The notes under the pieces are model-generated. The model worked only from the letters and a program-made list of their open reading frames with translations. It was not told the origin of the DNA and did not search any database. This document shows, piece by piece, positions 49,723-59,956 of a stretch of 64,000 bases of DNA (within the stretch, counting starts at the first letter, position 1; each line of letters starts with the position of its first letter). The DNA is taken from NCBI GenBank assembly GCA_046329885.1, contig JAXLTU010000007.1, positions 4,957-68,956 on the forward strand, written 5' to 3'. Position numbers and translations under genes: made by a program. This DNA comes from Bacteroidales bacterium (GTDB taxonomy: Bacteria > Bacteroidota > Bacteroidia > Bacteroidales > VadinHA17).

Positions 49723-51082
49723 CAAGAATAAAAACCCCAGGACCAAAAACGGTATTTTACCCGGGTCAACAATTATTAAATTCCAGATTATCCTGTTCAT
49801 AACCCTGACGATGTTTCTCACGTCATGCCAGGAGAAAGACACTACAATAGGGATTGGTTTATTACCAGGCAGCGACTTTGTAGATATTTTCTCGACAGAT
49901 ACAATTAAGCCTTTTTCTTACACTTGCTATGTTGACAGTGTTGTCACTAACAAAAAGGCTTACGTGATGCTTGGAGGCGTTCAGGATCCTTATTTTGGTT
50001 ACACGTCTGCAGATATGATCGCCCAGATGAGGTTGGTTCAGGCATGGCCTGGCAAGGGTGGGTTTACTGTTGATTCAGTTAAACTTTTCTTTTCAATTAC
50101 TGGTGCAAAAGGGGAATTAGGAACGGCATTGAAGATCAAGCTTTCGGAGGTTGGTGAAATTCTTAAACCGATTATAACCGCCTATCCTGATAGTATTAAA
50201 TATTATTCAAGTCACAGACCGGTAATAGTAAAAGAGCTTGGGATGTTTGATATGCCATTAATTACAAAGGATACTGCCCAGAACGTTACTGTTAAATTGC
50301 CTATCGAACTAGGGCAGTACCTGATGCGGGATACTACTAAACTATACCAGGGAGACATCAACACTGATTTCAGGTCATTTTTCAGGGGTATAAAGGCTTC
50401 CCTTGTGAAAAATAGCCCTGTCGAGACAAAGGGGATAACAGATTCCGACGCCCCTCTTCTCCTTATACTTCCGATCAATGGATTTAACTTTGAAATAAGG
50501 GTTTATTACAAGAACAGCACTGCTGACGACAATGTCTTCGATTTTGCCGTGAACACGAGGAGTGCCCGTTATACGACTTACACTCATGACTTTACGCTAG
50601 CCGACCCGGATAAGAAGATCCAGCACATTAATGATGGATTCCAGGATACGGTAACCTACATGCAGGGCCTGAACGGGGCATTTACAAGATTGAGATTCCC
50701 ATCGCTCGAATCTATAAGGAACATGATGCCTATTTCGGTTAACAGGGCAAGAATCACTATTCCTGTTATTCTCGATAATGACAAATACATTTCGGATGCG
50801 ATGCCAAAGAAAATGTATTTGAGCTTCACTAAATCATCGGGGGAAAAAGCTATCATTTCTGACTACTACGTTGGGTCAAGTTTCCTTGACGGATCATTTA
50901 ACACCACGTCAAAAACTTACTCCTTTAATATCGCCTCATTCGTTCAGCAATACATCGAGGGGAAAATTGACGAACCCGAGCTGGATTTATATCTTGATGA
51001 CGGTGATTATCGTAATGCTATTCTGAGAACTAAGCAGAGCACAAATCCCGCGAAATTCGTCTTCACCTACACGGAGTTCTGA
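49688..51082 (+). CDS. DUF4270-like lipoprotein (from memory)
   Basis: 464 aa. A hydrophobic leader ends in the lipobox MFLTSC. Alternative in-frame ATGs lie at 49697 and 49706, and all three overlap the glgA-like 3' end. The family assignment rests on recalled Bacteroidota panC/glgA/DUF4270/glmS synteny. Confidence 0.5.
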   Translation: MHIMIFMTSYFSKNKNPRTKNGILPGSTIIKFQIILFITLTMFLTSCQEKDTTIGIGLLPGSDFVDIFSTDTIKPFSYTCYVDSVVTNKKAYVMLGGVQDPYFGYTSADMIAQMRLVQAWPGKGGFTVDSVKLFFSITGAKGELGTALKIKLSEVGEILKPIITAYPDSIKYYSSHRPVIVKELGMFDMPLITKDTAQNVTVKLPIELGQYLMRDTTKLYQGDINTDFRSFFRGIKASLVKNSPVETKGITDSDAPLLLILPINGFNFEIRVYYKNSTADDNVFDFAVNTRSARYTTYTHDFTLADPDKKIQHINDGFQDTVTYMQGLNGAFTRLRFPSLESIRNMMPISVNRARITIPVILDNDKYISDAMPKKMYLSFTKSSGEKAIISDYYVGSSFLDGSFNTTSKTYSFNIASFVQQYIEGKIDEPELDLYLDDGDYRNAILRTKQSTNPAKFVFTYTEF

Positions 51083-51150
51083 AAAAAACGAACCCGGTTC
51101 TGAAATTTGTGAACTAATTTTTCTACTTTCGCACATTAATCTTAAATTAT

Positions 51151-52986
51151 ATGTGCGGGATCGTAGGTTATATTGGATCGAAACAGGCAAGGGATATTGT
51201 TATAAATGGCCTGAGGAAGCTTGAATACAGGGGATATGATTCAGCAGGGCTGGCAATATTCAGTAACGAGCCTGTCATATTCAGGTGCAAGGGAAGGGTC
51301 AGGGAGCTTGAAGAGTTAGTATTGAAGTCTGGCGTGGACGGCAATATCGGGATGGGGCACACCCGTTGGGCCACCCACGGGGAACCGAACGAGCTGAACG
51401 CTCACCCCCAGGTATCTGCAAAAGGCAATTTCATAGTTGTGCATAACGGCATAATAGAGAACTACGCGAGACTCAAGAAACATCTCGAGTGCAGGGGAGT
51501 AACCTTTTCAAGCCAGACCGATACCGAGGTGATTGCCAACCTCATGGAGCACCTGTACCTCGAGGGCAATCTATCGCCCGAGCAGGCAATAACAACAGCC
51601 CTGAACAGTCTCGAAGGTGCTTACGGTCTTGTTATCTTGTGCAAATCGGAGAACGACCGGATCTATGCCGCCAGGAAAGGCAGCCCTCTTGTAATTGGAG
51701 TGGGTGATAATGAGAATTTCGTCGCGTCTGATGCCACACCGATTGTTGAATACACCCAGAGAGTGATATACCTGCGAGACGACGATCTGGCCATAATCAA
51801 GAAAGACGGTCTTACACTCAGGACCCTGAGAAGTGCTGTTGTTCAGCCCGATGTACAGGAGATCGATCTCGAGATAGGGGAGGTTGACAAGGAAGGTTTT
51901 CCTCATTTCATGCTCAAGGAAATATTCGAGCAACCGAGGGCTATTCACGACACATTCAGGGGCAGGATATTACCCGACCATTCCGGTATTATGCTTGGAG
52001 GTCTTCACCAGGTTATGGATAAGCTTGCAGTTGCACGCCGTGTTATAATAATTGGGTGCGGGACTTCATGGCATGCCGGACTCCTGGGTGAATACCTGTT
52101 CGAGGAGTACACCAGGATACCGGTCGAGGTTGAATACGCTTCTGAATTCAGATACAGGAACCCTATAATTGAACCAGGAGACATAATAATAGCAATAAGC
52201 CAGAGCGGTGAGACTGCCGATACAATGGCCGCCGTGAAATTAGCCAGGGAGAAAGGCGCGATAGTCCTGGGCATTTGTAATGTAGTTGGTTCAGGGATCC
52301 CGAGGGAAACGGATGCAGGTGTTTACACTCATGCCGGTCCCGAGATAGGTGTGGCTTCGACCAAGGCTTTCACCACCCAGGTTACTGTTCTGGCTATGAT
52401 GGCTTTCATGACGGGTCACAGGAAGGGAATTATAAGTGATGACGAGTATATGAAGCTGATAAGCGAGCTTGTTTCACTGCCGACCAAAATGGAGCTCGCT
52501 CTCAAATCGAACGATCAGGTACTCGACCTGGCCAGGGTCATTAAAGACTCGAGAAACGTCCTTTATCTTGGCAGGGGCTACCTGTTTCCCGTGGCTCTCG
52601 AGGGCGCTCTGAAACTGAAGGAAATATCGTACATCCATGCCGAGGGTTACCCTGCTGCCGAGATGAAACATGGTCCGATAGCGCTTATCGACGAGAAAAT
52701 GCCCGTTGTAGTTGTTGCAACAAAAGATAACACCTACGACAAGATCATAAGTAACATCCAGGAGATAAAAGCGAGAAAAGGGATGGTAATAGCTATCGTA
52801 TCGGAAGGTGACACGACCATCGGGAAGATAGCCGATCATGTTCTTGAAGTGCCAGCGACCCTGCCTGTGTTTTCATCGCTTGTTGCTGTAATTCCGCTTC
52901 AATTGTTATCGTATCATATAGCTGTGCTGAGAGGTTGCGATGTCGATCAGCCAAGGAACCTCGCGAAATCGGTGACAGTAGAATAG
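51151..52986 (+). CDS. glmS: glutamine--fructose-6-phosphate aminotransferase
   Basis: 611 aa. It has the N-terminal MCGIVGY Ntn nucleophile, two SIS domains and the C-terminal ...DVDQPRNLAKSVTVE. Confidence 0.95.
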   Translation: MCGIVGYIGSKQARDIVINGLRKLEYRGYDSAGLAIFSNEPVIFRCKGRVRELEELVLKSGVDGNIGMGHTRWATHGEPNELNAHPQVSAKGNFIVVHNGIIENYARLKKHLECRGVTFSSQTDTEVIANLMEHLYLEGNLSPEQAITTALNSLEGAYGLVILCKSENDRIYAARKGSPLVIGVGDNENFVASDATPIVEYTQRVIYLRDDDLAIIKKDGLTLRTLRSAVVQPDVQEIDLEIGEVDKEGFPHFMLKEIFEQPRAIHDTFRGRILPDHSGIMLGGLHQVMDKLAVARRVIIIGCGTSWHAGLLGEYLFEEYTRIPVEVEYASEFRYRNPIIEPGDIIIAISQSGETADTMAAVKLAREKGAIVLGICNVVGSGIPRETDAGVYTHAGPEIGVASTKAFTTQVTVLAMMAFMTGHRKGIISDDEYMKLISELVSLPTKMELALKSNDQVLDLARVIKDSRNVLYLGRGYLFPVALEGALKLKEISYIHAEGYPAAEMKHGPIALIDEKMPVVVVATKDNTYDKIISNIQEIKARKGMVIAIVSEGDTTIGKIADHVLEVPATLPVFSSLVAVIPLQLLSYHIAVLRGCDVDQPRNLAKSVTVE

Positions 52987-53008
52987 TAGCAAAAAAAACA
53001 CCTGTATC

Positions 53009-55006
53009 ATGGAAAAGAATTACAGGAAACTAAGCGAATCGGAAATTCTCGCTCTCGAGGCCGCCGGATGCACGAGTACATCGTGGGATTCCGTGAACGT
53101 GAGTGAAGGTTTTGATACCGCGGGATGCAGGAATGTTAGTTTTTCCGGAGAAATAAGGCTTGGGAAAATGAACTCTGTCCACTCCGATGAATCAGGTGTT
53201 CCATTCCCGGCAGGTTTATACAATGCCAGGGTTCATAATTGCACTTTCGGAGACAATGTTCTGGTTTACAATATCCGCGATTTTATTGCCAATTATTCTG
53301 TTGGTGATGAGGTGGTGATACGCGATTGCGGGAAGATACATACTGAAGGGATCTCATCTTTCGGTAACGGCACCGGTGTGGCAGTAATGAACGAAACAGG
53401 GGGCAGGACCGTGTCGATATGGGATGGCCTGTCGGCGCACCAGGCTTATATAGTCGCGCTTTACAGGCACAGGGCTGATGCTATAAAGCGAATTGAAGAG
53501 ATGACTGAAACTTACGTTGCTTCAGTTAGATCTGGAAGGGGGACTATCGAGGCGCGATCGAAGATCATTGATTGCCGCAGTATAAGGAATGTAAGAATAG
53601 GCAGACACACTACCATTGACGGGGCTTCAAGGCTTAATGAAGGATCGATAAACAGCTGTGAGGCCGACCCGGTTTACATCGGGACAGGTGTTATAATGGA
53701 CCATTTTATCGCTTCATCGGGGTCGCGGATTACTGATTCTACGGTGATTGAAAACTGCTTCATCGGTCAGGGCACTCACCTTGGCAAGCATTACTCGGCA
53801 GTGAACTCGTTATTTTTTGCCAATTGCGGAGGGTTTCATGGCGAGGCCTGCTCTGTCTTTGCCGGGCCTTATACTGAAACACATCATAAATCGACACTTC
53901 TTATTGCAGGAATTTTTTCTTTCATGAATGCCGGCAGCGGGTCGAACCAGAGTAATCACATGTACAAGCTGGGACCGATTCACCAGGGGATTGTTGAACG
54001 CGGATCCAAAACGACAAGCGACTCCTACCTCCTCTGGCCAGCTCATATCGGTCCCTTCACACTTGTAATGGGCCGTCATTATAAAAACCTTGATACAACA
54101 CTTCTGCCTTTCTCATACCTTATCGAGAGTAACGACGAGAGCATACTCGTGCCTGCAATAAACCTGAGGAGCGTCGGGACTATCCGCGACGCGCAGAAGT
54201 GGCCAAGGAGAGACAGGAGAAAAGACACGGCCAGGAAAGACTTTATCAATTTCAAGCTCCTTAGCCCTTACACGGTGATGAAGATGATAGAGGGCAGGAA
54301 CCTTCTCATGCAACTGCAGGCAAATTCGGGGCAGAACTCCGATAATTACTACTACAAGAGCATGAAGATAACAAGGGACTCACTTGTGCGTGGAATAAAA
54401 CTCTACCAGATGGGGATTGACAAGTTCCTTGGTAATTCTCTGATAAAGCGTCTCGAGGGGCTGGAACCGCGAAGCACCAGTGACCTATCCAGAAGATTAA
54501 AGCCGGCAGTTGATAGAGTATCGGACGAATGGATCGACCTGGCAGGACTCATAGCACCGAAAGGAGAGGTGGAAAGACTGCTTGTTTCCATCGAATCGGG
54601 AAAAATAACCGACATATCAGGCTTAGCATCTGCTTTCAGGGCCATGTATGAATCGTACAAGGAGTGGGAATGGACATGGACCGCCGAGCGCCTTGCCGAG
54701 GAACACGGGAAGCCGGTAACAGGTTTTAACCCGGCCGATGTAACAGCTGTTGTAAGCAGGTGGATGAAGAGTGTAATTGACCTCGATAACATGCTCTATG
54801 ATGATGCAAGAAAAGAATTCACTCTTTCAGCGATGACCGGATTCGGTATGGACGGTGGAGACTACGAGAAAAAAAGAGATTTCGAGCAGGTGAGAGGCGA
54901 TTTTGAATCGAACACCGTTGTAAAGGCAATAAAGGATCATATAGTCCAAAAAACTGCCCTGGGGAATGATCTTATAGCAAGGATGAACAGGTGCCCCGTT
55001 GAATAG
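53009..55006 (+). CDS. DUF4954-like protein with a left-handed beta-helix N-terminal half
   Basis: 665 aa. Residues ~60-300 show hexapeptide-like periodicity (NARVHNCTFGDNVLVYNIRDFIANYSVGDEVVIRDCGKI; IIDCRSIRNVRIGRHTTIDGASRLNEGSI...VIENCFIGQGTHLG). The C-terminal half is helical. It starts 22 nt after the glmS stop. Confidence 0.5.
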   Translation: MEKNYRKLSESEILALEAAGCTSTSWDSVNVSEGFDTAGCRNVSFSGEIRLGKMNSVHSDESGVPFPAGLYNARVHNCTFGDNVLVYNIRDFIANYSVGDEVVIRDCGKIHTEGISSFGNGTGVAVMNETGGRTVSIWDGLSAHQAYIVALYRHRADAIKRIEEMTETYVASVRSGRGTIEARSKIIDCRSIRNVRIGRHTTIDGASRLNEGSINSCEADPVYIGTGVIMDHFIASSGSRITDSTVIENCFIGQGTHLGKHYSAVNSLFFANCGGFHGEACSVFAGPYTETHHKSTLLIAGIFSFMNAGSGSNQSNHMYKLGPIHQGIVERGSKTTSDSYLLWPAHIGPFTLVMGRHYKNLDTTLLPFSYLIESNDESILVPAINLRSVGTIRDAQKWPRRDRRKDTARKDFINFKLLSPYTVMKMIEGRNLLMQLQANSGQNSDNYYYKSMKITRDSLVRGIKLYQMGIDKFLGNSLIKRLEGLEPRSTSDLSRRLKPAVDRVSDEWIDLAGLIAPKGEVERLLVSIESGKITDISGLASAFRAMYESYKEWEWTWTAERLAEEHGKPVTGFNPADVTAVVSRWMKSVIDLDNMLYDDARKEFTLSAMTGFGMDGGDYEKKRDFEQVRGDFESNTVVKAIKDHIVQKTALGNDLIARMNRCPVE

Positions 55007-55011
55007 CCGAA

Positions 55012-56067
55012 CTACCTGTTCAGGTACATCTGGTCGTAGTACTTGCCGTAATCACCCGAAATCACCCTGTCGAGCCACTGCTGGTTGGAAAGATACCAGT
55101 CGACTGTCTTTCCCAATCCGCGTTCAAAATCGAGCGAAGGAGCCCACCCGAGTTCTTTCTGTATCTTGCCCGAATCTATGGCGTAACGCATATCGTGTCC
55201 TGGCCTGTCAGTGACGAATGTAATCAGTTTCTCGGATGTACCGGTCTGCCTGTTGAGCTTCTGGTCCATCAGCCGGCATAGCAGCCTGATCAGGTCAATA
55301 TTTTTCCACTCGTTATTCCCTCCTATATTGTATGTTTCTCCAGGAATACCCTTGTGGAAGATGAGGTCAATAGCCGAAGCATGATCCTCGACGAAGAGCC
55401 AGTCTCTAATATTTTCTCCTTTCCCGTAAACAGGAACAGGCTTGTTATTCTTGATGTTGTTTATAGCCAGAGGGATCAGTTTTTCAGGGAACTGGTTGGG
55501 CCCGTAGTTATTCGAGCAGTTGGAAACAACGGTGGGCAGCTTGAATGTATTCCTGTAAGCCCTCACGAGGTGGTCGGAACTGGCTTTTGAAGCTGAGTAC
55601 GGGCTTTGAGGGTCGTAAGGTGTCGTTTCAAGGAAAAAGCCTTCATCGCAAAGGGAACCGTATACCTCGTCGGTCGAAATATGATAAAACAGCTTACCCG
55701 TGAAGTCATTTTTCCAGTTAGCGAGCGCGGCGTTAAGCAGGTTGACAGTGCCAACGATATTCGTGAAAACGAACTCGTCAGGTCCCGTTATCGACCTGTC
55801 TACATGCGATTCAGCGGCGAGGTGTATCACCCCGTCAAACTGGTACCTCGAGAACAATGCATGAACGGCTGCCTTATCGACGATATCGATTTTCTCGAAC
55901 CTGTAGTTTGGTTTCCTGTCTATATCCGCCAGGTTCTCGAGATTACCGGCATAAGTTAGTTTGTCGGCGTTGACAATCAGGTAATCGGGGTAACTATTCA
56001 CGAAACGTCTCACGACATGCGATCCTATGAATCCCGCTCCGCCGGTAATAAGAACTGTCTTCTTCAT
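55012..56067 (-). CDS. rfbB: dTDP-glucose 4,6-dehydratase
   Basis: ATG at 56067 gives MKKTVLITGGAGFIGSH. The catalytic motif is YSASKASSDHL, followed by ...NCSNNYGPNQFPEKLIP.... The ORF-track start at 56103 would overlap galE by 34 nt. Confidence 0.88.
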   Translation of the reverse strand: MKKTVLITGGAGFIGSHVVRRFVNSYPDYLIVNADKLTYAGNLENLADIDRKPNYRFEKIDIVDKAAVHALFSRYQFDGVIHLAAESHVDRSITGPDEFVFTNIVGTVNLLNAALANWKNDFTGKLFYHISTDEVYGSLCDEGFFLETTPYDPQSPYSASKASSDHLVRAYRNTFKLPTVVSNCSNNYGPNQFPEKLIPLAINNIKNNKPVPVYGKGENIRDWLFVEDHASAIDLIFHKGIPGETYNIGGNNEWKNIDLIRLLCRLMDQKLNRQTGTSEKLITFVTDRPGHDMRYAIDSGKIQKELGWAPSLDFERGLGKTVDWYLSNQQWLDRVISGDYGKYYDQMYLNR

Positions 56068-56069
56068 GT

Positions 56070-57101
56070 TTAAACTTTTTTGTTCCTGATATTTTTCTCC
56101 CATTCCCAGGCTGTCCTCATCGAGTCGTCGAGTGAATAAACAGTTTTCCAGCCCAGCTCGTTATTAGCGAGGGTGGCGTCTGCCCAGATTTTTTCTATAT
56201 CCCCGGCTCTTCTGCCGGTTATAGTGTAATTGAGCTTAATGCCGCTTACTCTTTCGAATGATTGGATAGCCTCGAGAACAGAAACACCTTTTCCCGTGCC
56301 AAGATTAAACACCTCGTAACTTTCTTTGTTCAGTTTCCCAGTAAGCCTGTTAACAGCCACCACGTGAGCCCTGGCGAGATCAGAAACATGGAGGTAATCC
56401 CTTATGCATGACCCGTCAGGAGTGTCATAGTCATTTCCAAATACTTTTAACCCGGGTCTCAGGCCTATTGCTGTCTGGGTGATGTAGGGAACCAGGTTCT
56501 CAGGAACACCTCTCGGTAGTTCGCCAATCAACCCTGATTCATGCGCTCCAATCGGATTAAAATATCTTAATGAGATAGCCCTGAATGACTCTATAGCCCT
56601 GACTGCATCCCTTATAATCTGTTCACCAATCTGCTTTGTATTACCATATGGTGAGACGGCGGGTTGAAGCGGGGATGATTCTGTTACAGGCAATTTTTCC
56701 GGTTGCCCGTAGACGGTGCACGATGAAGAGAAGACAAGGTTACCCGCGCCATGTTTCTTCATAGTCTCGATGAGGTTAACAAGCGAGATGAGGTTATTCC
56801 TGTAATACTCGAGAGGTTTCATTACCGATTCACCCACAGCCTTGAAGGCGGCAAAGTGAATCACCGCATCAATCCCGTTATGTGACCTGAAGAAATTGTC
56901 AAGTTTATCGCGGTCGCAAAGATCAAATACCTCGAGAGTGGGTTTAACGCCGGTTATCTGCCCGATCCTGTCGGCCACGACAGCCTCGGAGTTGTGCAGG
57001 TTGTCGATAATAACAACCTCGCATCCTTCCTTTATCAGCTCAACAGCAGTATGCGAGCCAATATAGCCTGTTCCACCGGTAACGAGGATCTTTCTTTTCA
57101 T
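56070..57101 (-). CDS. galE: UDP-glucose 4-epimerase
   Basis: 343 aa. Motifs present are ILVTGGTGYIGSH, the catalytic YGNTK, and ...RYFNPIGAH...RDYLHVSDLA.... Confidence 0.88.
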   Translation of the reverse strand: MKRKILVTGGTGYIGSHTAVELIKEGCEVVIIDNLHNSEAVVADRIGQITGVKPTLEVFDLCDRDKLDNFFRSHNGIDAVIHFAAFKAVGESVMKPLEYYRNNLISLVNLIETMKKHGAGNLVFSSSCTVYGQPEKLPVTESSPLQPAVSPYGNTKQIGEQIIRDAVRAIESFRAISLRYFNPIGAHESGLIGELPRGVPENLVPYITQTAIGLRPGLKVFGNDYDTPDGSCIRDYLHVSDLARAHVVAVNRLTGKLNKESYEVFNLGTGKGVSVLEAIQSFERVSGIKLNYTITGRRAGDIEKIWADATLANNELGWKTVYSLDDSMRTAWEWEKNIRNKKV

Positions 57102-57102
57102 A

Positions 57103-58395
57103 TCAGAGACTCCAGTAGGTGTGGTGTTTTATTTTCCCGCGGAAGATACCTTTCACGTCAACCACTATACCGTCTTTATTCAGAAGGGAACCGAAGTAGT
57201 TTTCATCGAGCACAGAATATTCCTTGTGGCTCACGGCGATTATTACAGCGTCGTATTTTCCCGAGGGAGCATTTACCATTTTCAGACCGTACTCTTCCTC
57301 TACCTCGTGATGTGATGCGCCCGGGTCAACTATGTCGACAACGATTCCGTAATCGGTCAGTTCACTGACAACATCTGCTACTTTCGAGTTTCTGATATCT
57401 GTCACGTCTTCCTTGAAAGTGATACCCATAACGAGTACCCTGGCTCCCTTCGGACTTTTACCTGCAGCTATGATCTTCTTGGCAGTCTGTTTTCCCACCC
57501 ATCTTCCCATGCTGTCGTTGATGTACCTTCCAGAGTCGATCATCTGCGGGTGATATCCCAGCTCCTTGGCTTTAAACGAGAGATAATACGGGTCCACACC
57601 AATGCAATGACCACCCACGAGGCCCGGGAAGAACTTGAGGAAATTCCATTTGGTACCTGCAGCCTCGAGTACTTCAAATGTATTGATACCCATCTTGTTG
57701 AAGATGATGGAGAGTTCGTTCATGAAGGCGATATTGATGTCGCGCTGGGTATTCTCGATTATCTTGGCCGATTCGGCTACTTTTATCGAGCTGGCCCGGT
57801 GAACACCTGCCTTGATAATGAGCTCGTAGGTTTTCGCGATCTGCTCTGCCGATTCGGCATCGCAACCACTGGTGACTTTCACTATTTTAGTCAGTGTATG
57901 GTTCTTATCACCCGGGTTGATCCTTTCGGGAGAAAATCCCACCTTGAAATCAACACAATATTTCAGTCCCGAGAATTTCTCAAGTACCGGTACGCAATCT
58001 TCCTCTGTGCACCCGGGGTAAACGGTTGATTCATAAACCACGTAATCGCCTTTTTTAAGTATTTTACCCACTGTCTCCGATGCCTTAAGAACCGGTGTCA
58101 GATCGGGAAGATTATGTTTGTCAGTAGGAGTGGGAACCGCGATAATATGAAAAGATGCCTCGCGGAGGTCTTCAGGATTGCAGGTATAGGTGATATCCGC
58201 TCCCTTGAAGTCGTCAGCCACCAGTTCATTAGAAGGGTCGATACCTTTTTTCATCAGGTCAACCCTGTCGGGTTTGATGTCGAAACCGACCACTTTAATA
58301 TTCCTTGCAAATTCGAGAGCGATTGGAAGCCCAACGTAACCAAGGCCTATGACTGACAGCTTGGTCTCCTTGCTGATAAGTTTGTCGAAGATCAT
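57103..58395 (-). CDS. wbpA: UDP-N-acetyl-D-hexosamine 6-dehydrogenase (WbpA/TviB family)
   Basis: 430 aa. Features are the NAD loop VIGLGYVGLP, the catalytic-Cys motif GLVGGHCIGVDP and a C-terminal ...TYWSL. Operon context with wbpB/D/E supports the call. Confidence 0.75.
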   Translation of the reverse strand: MIFDKLISKETKLSVIGLGYVGLPIALEFARNIKVVGFDIKPDRVDLMKKGIDPSNELVADDFKGADITYTCNPEDLREASFHIIAVPTPTDKHNLPDLTPVLKASETVGKILKKGDYVVYESTVYPGCTEEDCVPVLEKFSGLKYCVDFKVGFSPERINPGDKNHTLTKIVKVTSGCDAESAEQIAKTYELIIKAGVHRASSIKVAESAKIIENTQRDINIAFMNELSIIFNKMGINTFEVLEAAGTKWNFLKFFPGLVGGHCIGVDPYYLSFKAKELGYHPQMIDSGRYINDSMGRWVGKQTAKKIIAAGKSPKGARVLVMGITFKEDVTDIRNSKVADVVSELTDYGIVVDIVDPGASHHEVEEEYGLKMVNAPSGKYDAVIIAVSHKEYSVLDENYFGSLLNKDGIVVDVKGIFRGKIKHHTYWSL

Positions 58396-59351
58396 TTGCT
58401 TATTGTTTTTAGTATTGGATGATAATCACCTTTTAGTCCTGCAGGTGAAGCGTTTCTAATTTCGTATACAGTGTCTATTGATTGTCGCGCGGCGTCGAGC
58501 CCGTAACCATTCCCGGCAAGTATTTCCTTGTACGAGAGGGTGTGGAGATCCGTGAAGCCCTCGCTGAATTCAAATTCCTCGCCGTCAACCTTTATCGATC
58601 TGAAGGTCCTCTTGCCGGTTTTCCTGGTGTCTTCAGGTATATCGCGGTTGTCTATGCTAAGGAACCATCTGACCCTTGCTTTCTCAAGTTGAAGGAAGCC
58701 TGATGCCTTGTTGTTCTGGCTCAAGTGAACGATATTTGATTTGGTCGGCCCGAAGATCCAGCCGAGCATATCAAAGAAGTGCACGCCTATATTGGTGGCA
58801 ACACCTCCTGATTTATGAACGTCACCCTTCCACGAGAAGTTATACCAGTTACCCCTGCTGGTAATATAGGTAAGGTCAATGTTATAAACCTTGTCAGCGG
58901 GCCCGTTCAGTATCTTTTCCCTCAGTTCGAGTATCTTGGGGTGAAGTCTTAACTGGAGTATCGTGTTAACCTTCCGGCCGGTCTCGTTCTCGATCTGTTT
59001 GAGAGCATCAATGTTCCAGGGGTTAAGAACAATCGGTTTCTCGCAAATGGCGTCGGCCTGGTACCTGAGCGCGAACCGGATGTGTGAATCGTGAAGATAA
59101 TTAGGCGAACAGATTGTTACATAATCTATAGCCGTACCGCTTCTTTTCAGTTTTTCAAAGTGCCTGTCAAATCTTTCAAATTCAACGAAGAAATCACTCT
59201 CGGGAAAGTAACTGTCAAGTATGCCGACGCAATCGAACTTGTCGAGGCTCGCCAACAGGGTATTGCCTGTTTCCTTTATTGCCCTGAGATGTCGTTCCGC
59301 TATATAGCCGGCGACACCTATAAGTCCGAAATTTTTTGGTTTAGATTCCAT
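58392..59351 (-). CDS. wbpB: UDP-GlcNAcA 3-dehydrogenase-like Gfo/Idh/MocA oxidoreductase (WbpB-like)
   Basis: 319 aa. FGLIGVAGYIAERHLRAIKETGN...YVTICSPNYLHDSHI...ICEKP...ILQLRLHP closely follows the WbpB pattern. Confidence 0.75.
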   Translation of the reverse strand: MESKPKNFGLIGVAGYIAERHLRAIKETGNTLLASLDKFDCVGILDSYFPESDFFVEFERFDRHFEKLKRSGTAIDYVTICSPNYLHDSHIRFALRYQADAICEKPIVLNPWNIDALKQIENETGRKVNTILQLRLHPKILELREKILNGPADKVYNIDLTYITSRGNWYNFSWKGDVHKSGGVATNIGVHFFDMLGWIFGPTKSNIVHLSQNNKASGFLQLEKARVRWFLSIDNRDIPEDTRKTGKRTFRSIKVDGEEFEFSEGFTDLHTLSYKEILAGNGYGLDAARQSIDTVYEIRNASPAGLKGDYHPILKTISK

Positions 59352-59373
59352 CAGAGATAATCAGGGGATAAAA

Positions 59374-59955
59374 CTAATAAATATTTTTAGATACCTGTCC
59401 GTCGCGAAGGGTATAGGCTTCGCCGCTCTCGGGGCATACAGCCTTGCCTTCGTTATCGAAGTTCAGCTTGTGCCCGTACTCGCTCATCCAGCCGGTTTGT
59501 CTGGCAGGGTTACCAACGACGAGAGCGTAGGGTTTAACATCTCTTGTAACAACGGCGCCCGCGCCAATGAAACAGTATTTACCTATCCTGTGACCACAGA
59601 CTATAGTTGCATTTGCACCTATCGTCGCGCCCTTTTCAACAATTGTTTCCACGTATTGCTCGCGCCGGTTGATTGCACTTCTCGGGTTGATGATGTTGGT
59701 GAATACCATCGACGGCCCGAGGAATACATCATCCTCGCATATCACTCCCGTGTATATTGAAACATTGTTCTGAACCTTGACATTCTTCCCTAAAATGACC
59801 CCGGGTGAAACAACCACGTTTTGCCCGATATTGCATTTTTCTCCAATCTCGCATCCTGTCATCACGTGGGTGAAGTGCCAGATCCTGGTGCCTTTGCCGA
59901 TCTTGCAGTTATCGTCAATGACGGCTGTTTCGTGAGCGAAGTATTCTTTTTCCAT
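59374..59955 (-). CDS. wbpD: hexapeptide-repeat N-acetyltransferase (WbpD-like)
   Basis: 193 aa left-handed beta-helix ([26 protein letters not shown]...VGNPARQ), lying between the WbpE-like and WbpB-like genes. Confidence 0.75.
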   Translation of the reverse strand: MEKEYFAHETAVIDDNCKIGKGTRIWHFTHVMTGCEIGEKCNIGQNVVVSPGVILGKNVKVQNNVSIYTGVICEDDVFLGPSMVFTNIINPRSAINRREQYVETIVEKGATIGANATIVCGHRIGKYCFIGAGAVVTRDVKPYALVVGNPARQTGWMSEYGHKLNFDNEGKAVCPESGEAYTLRDGQVSKNIY

Positions 59956-59956
59956 T

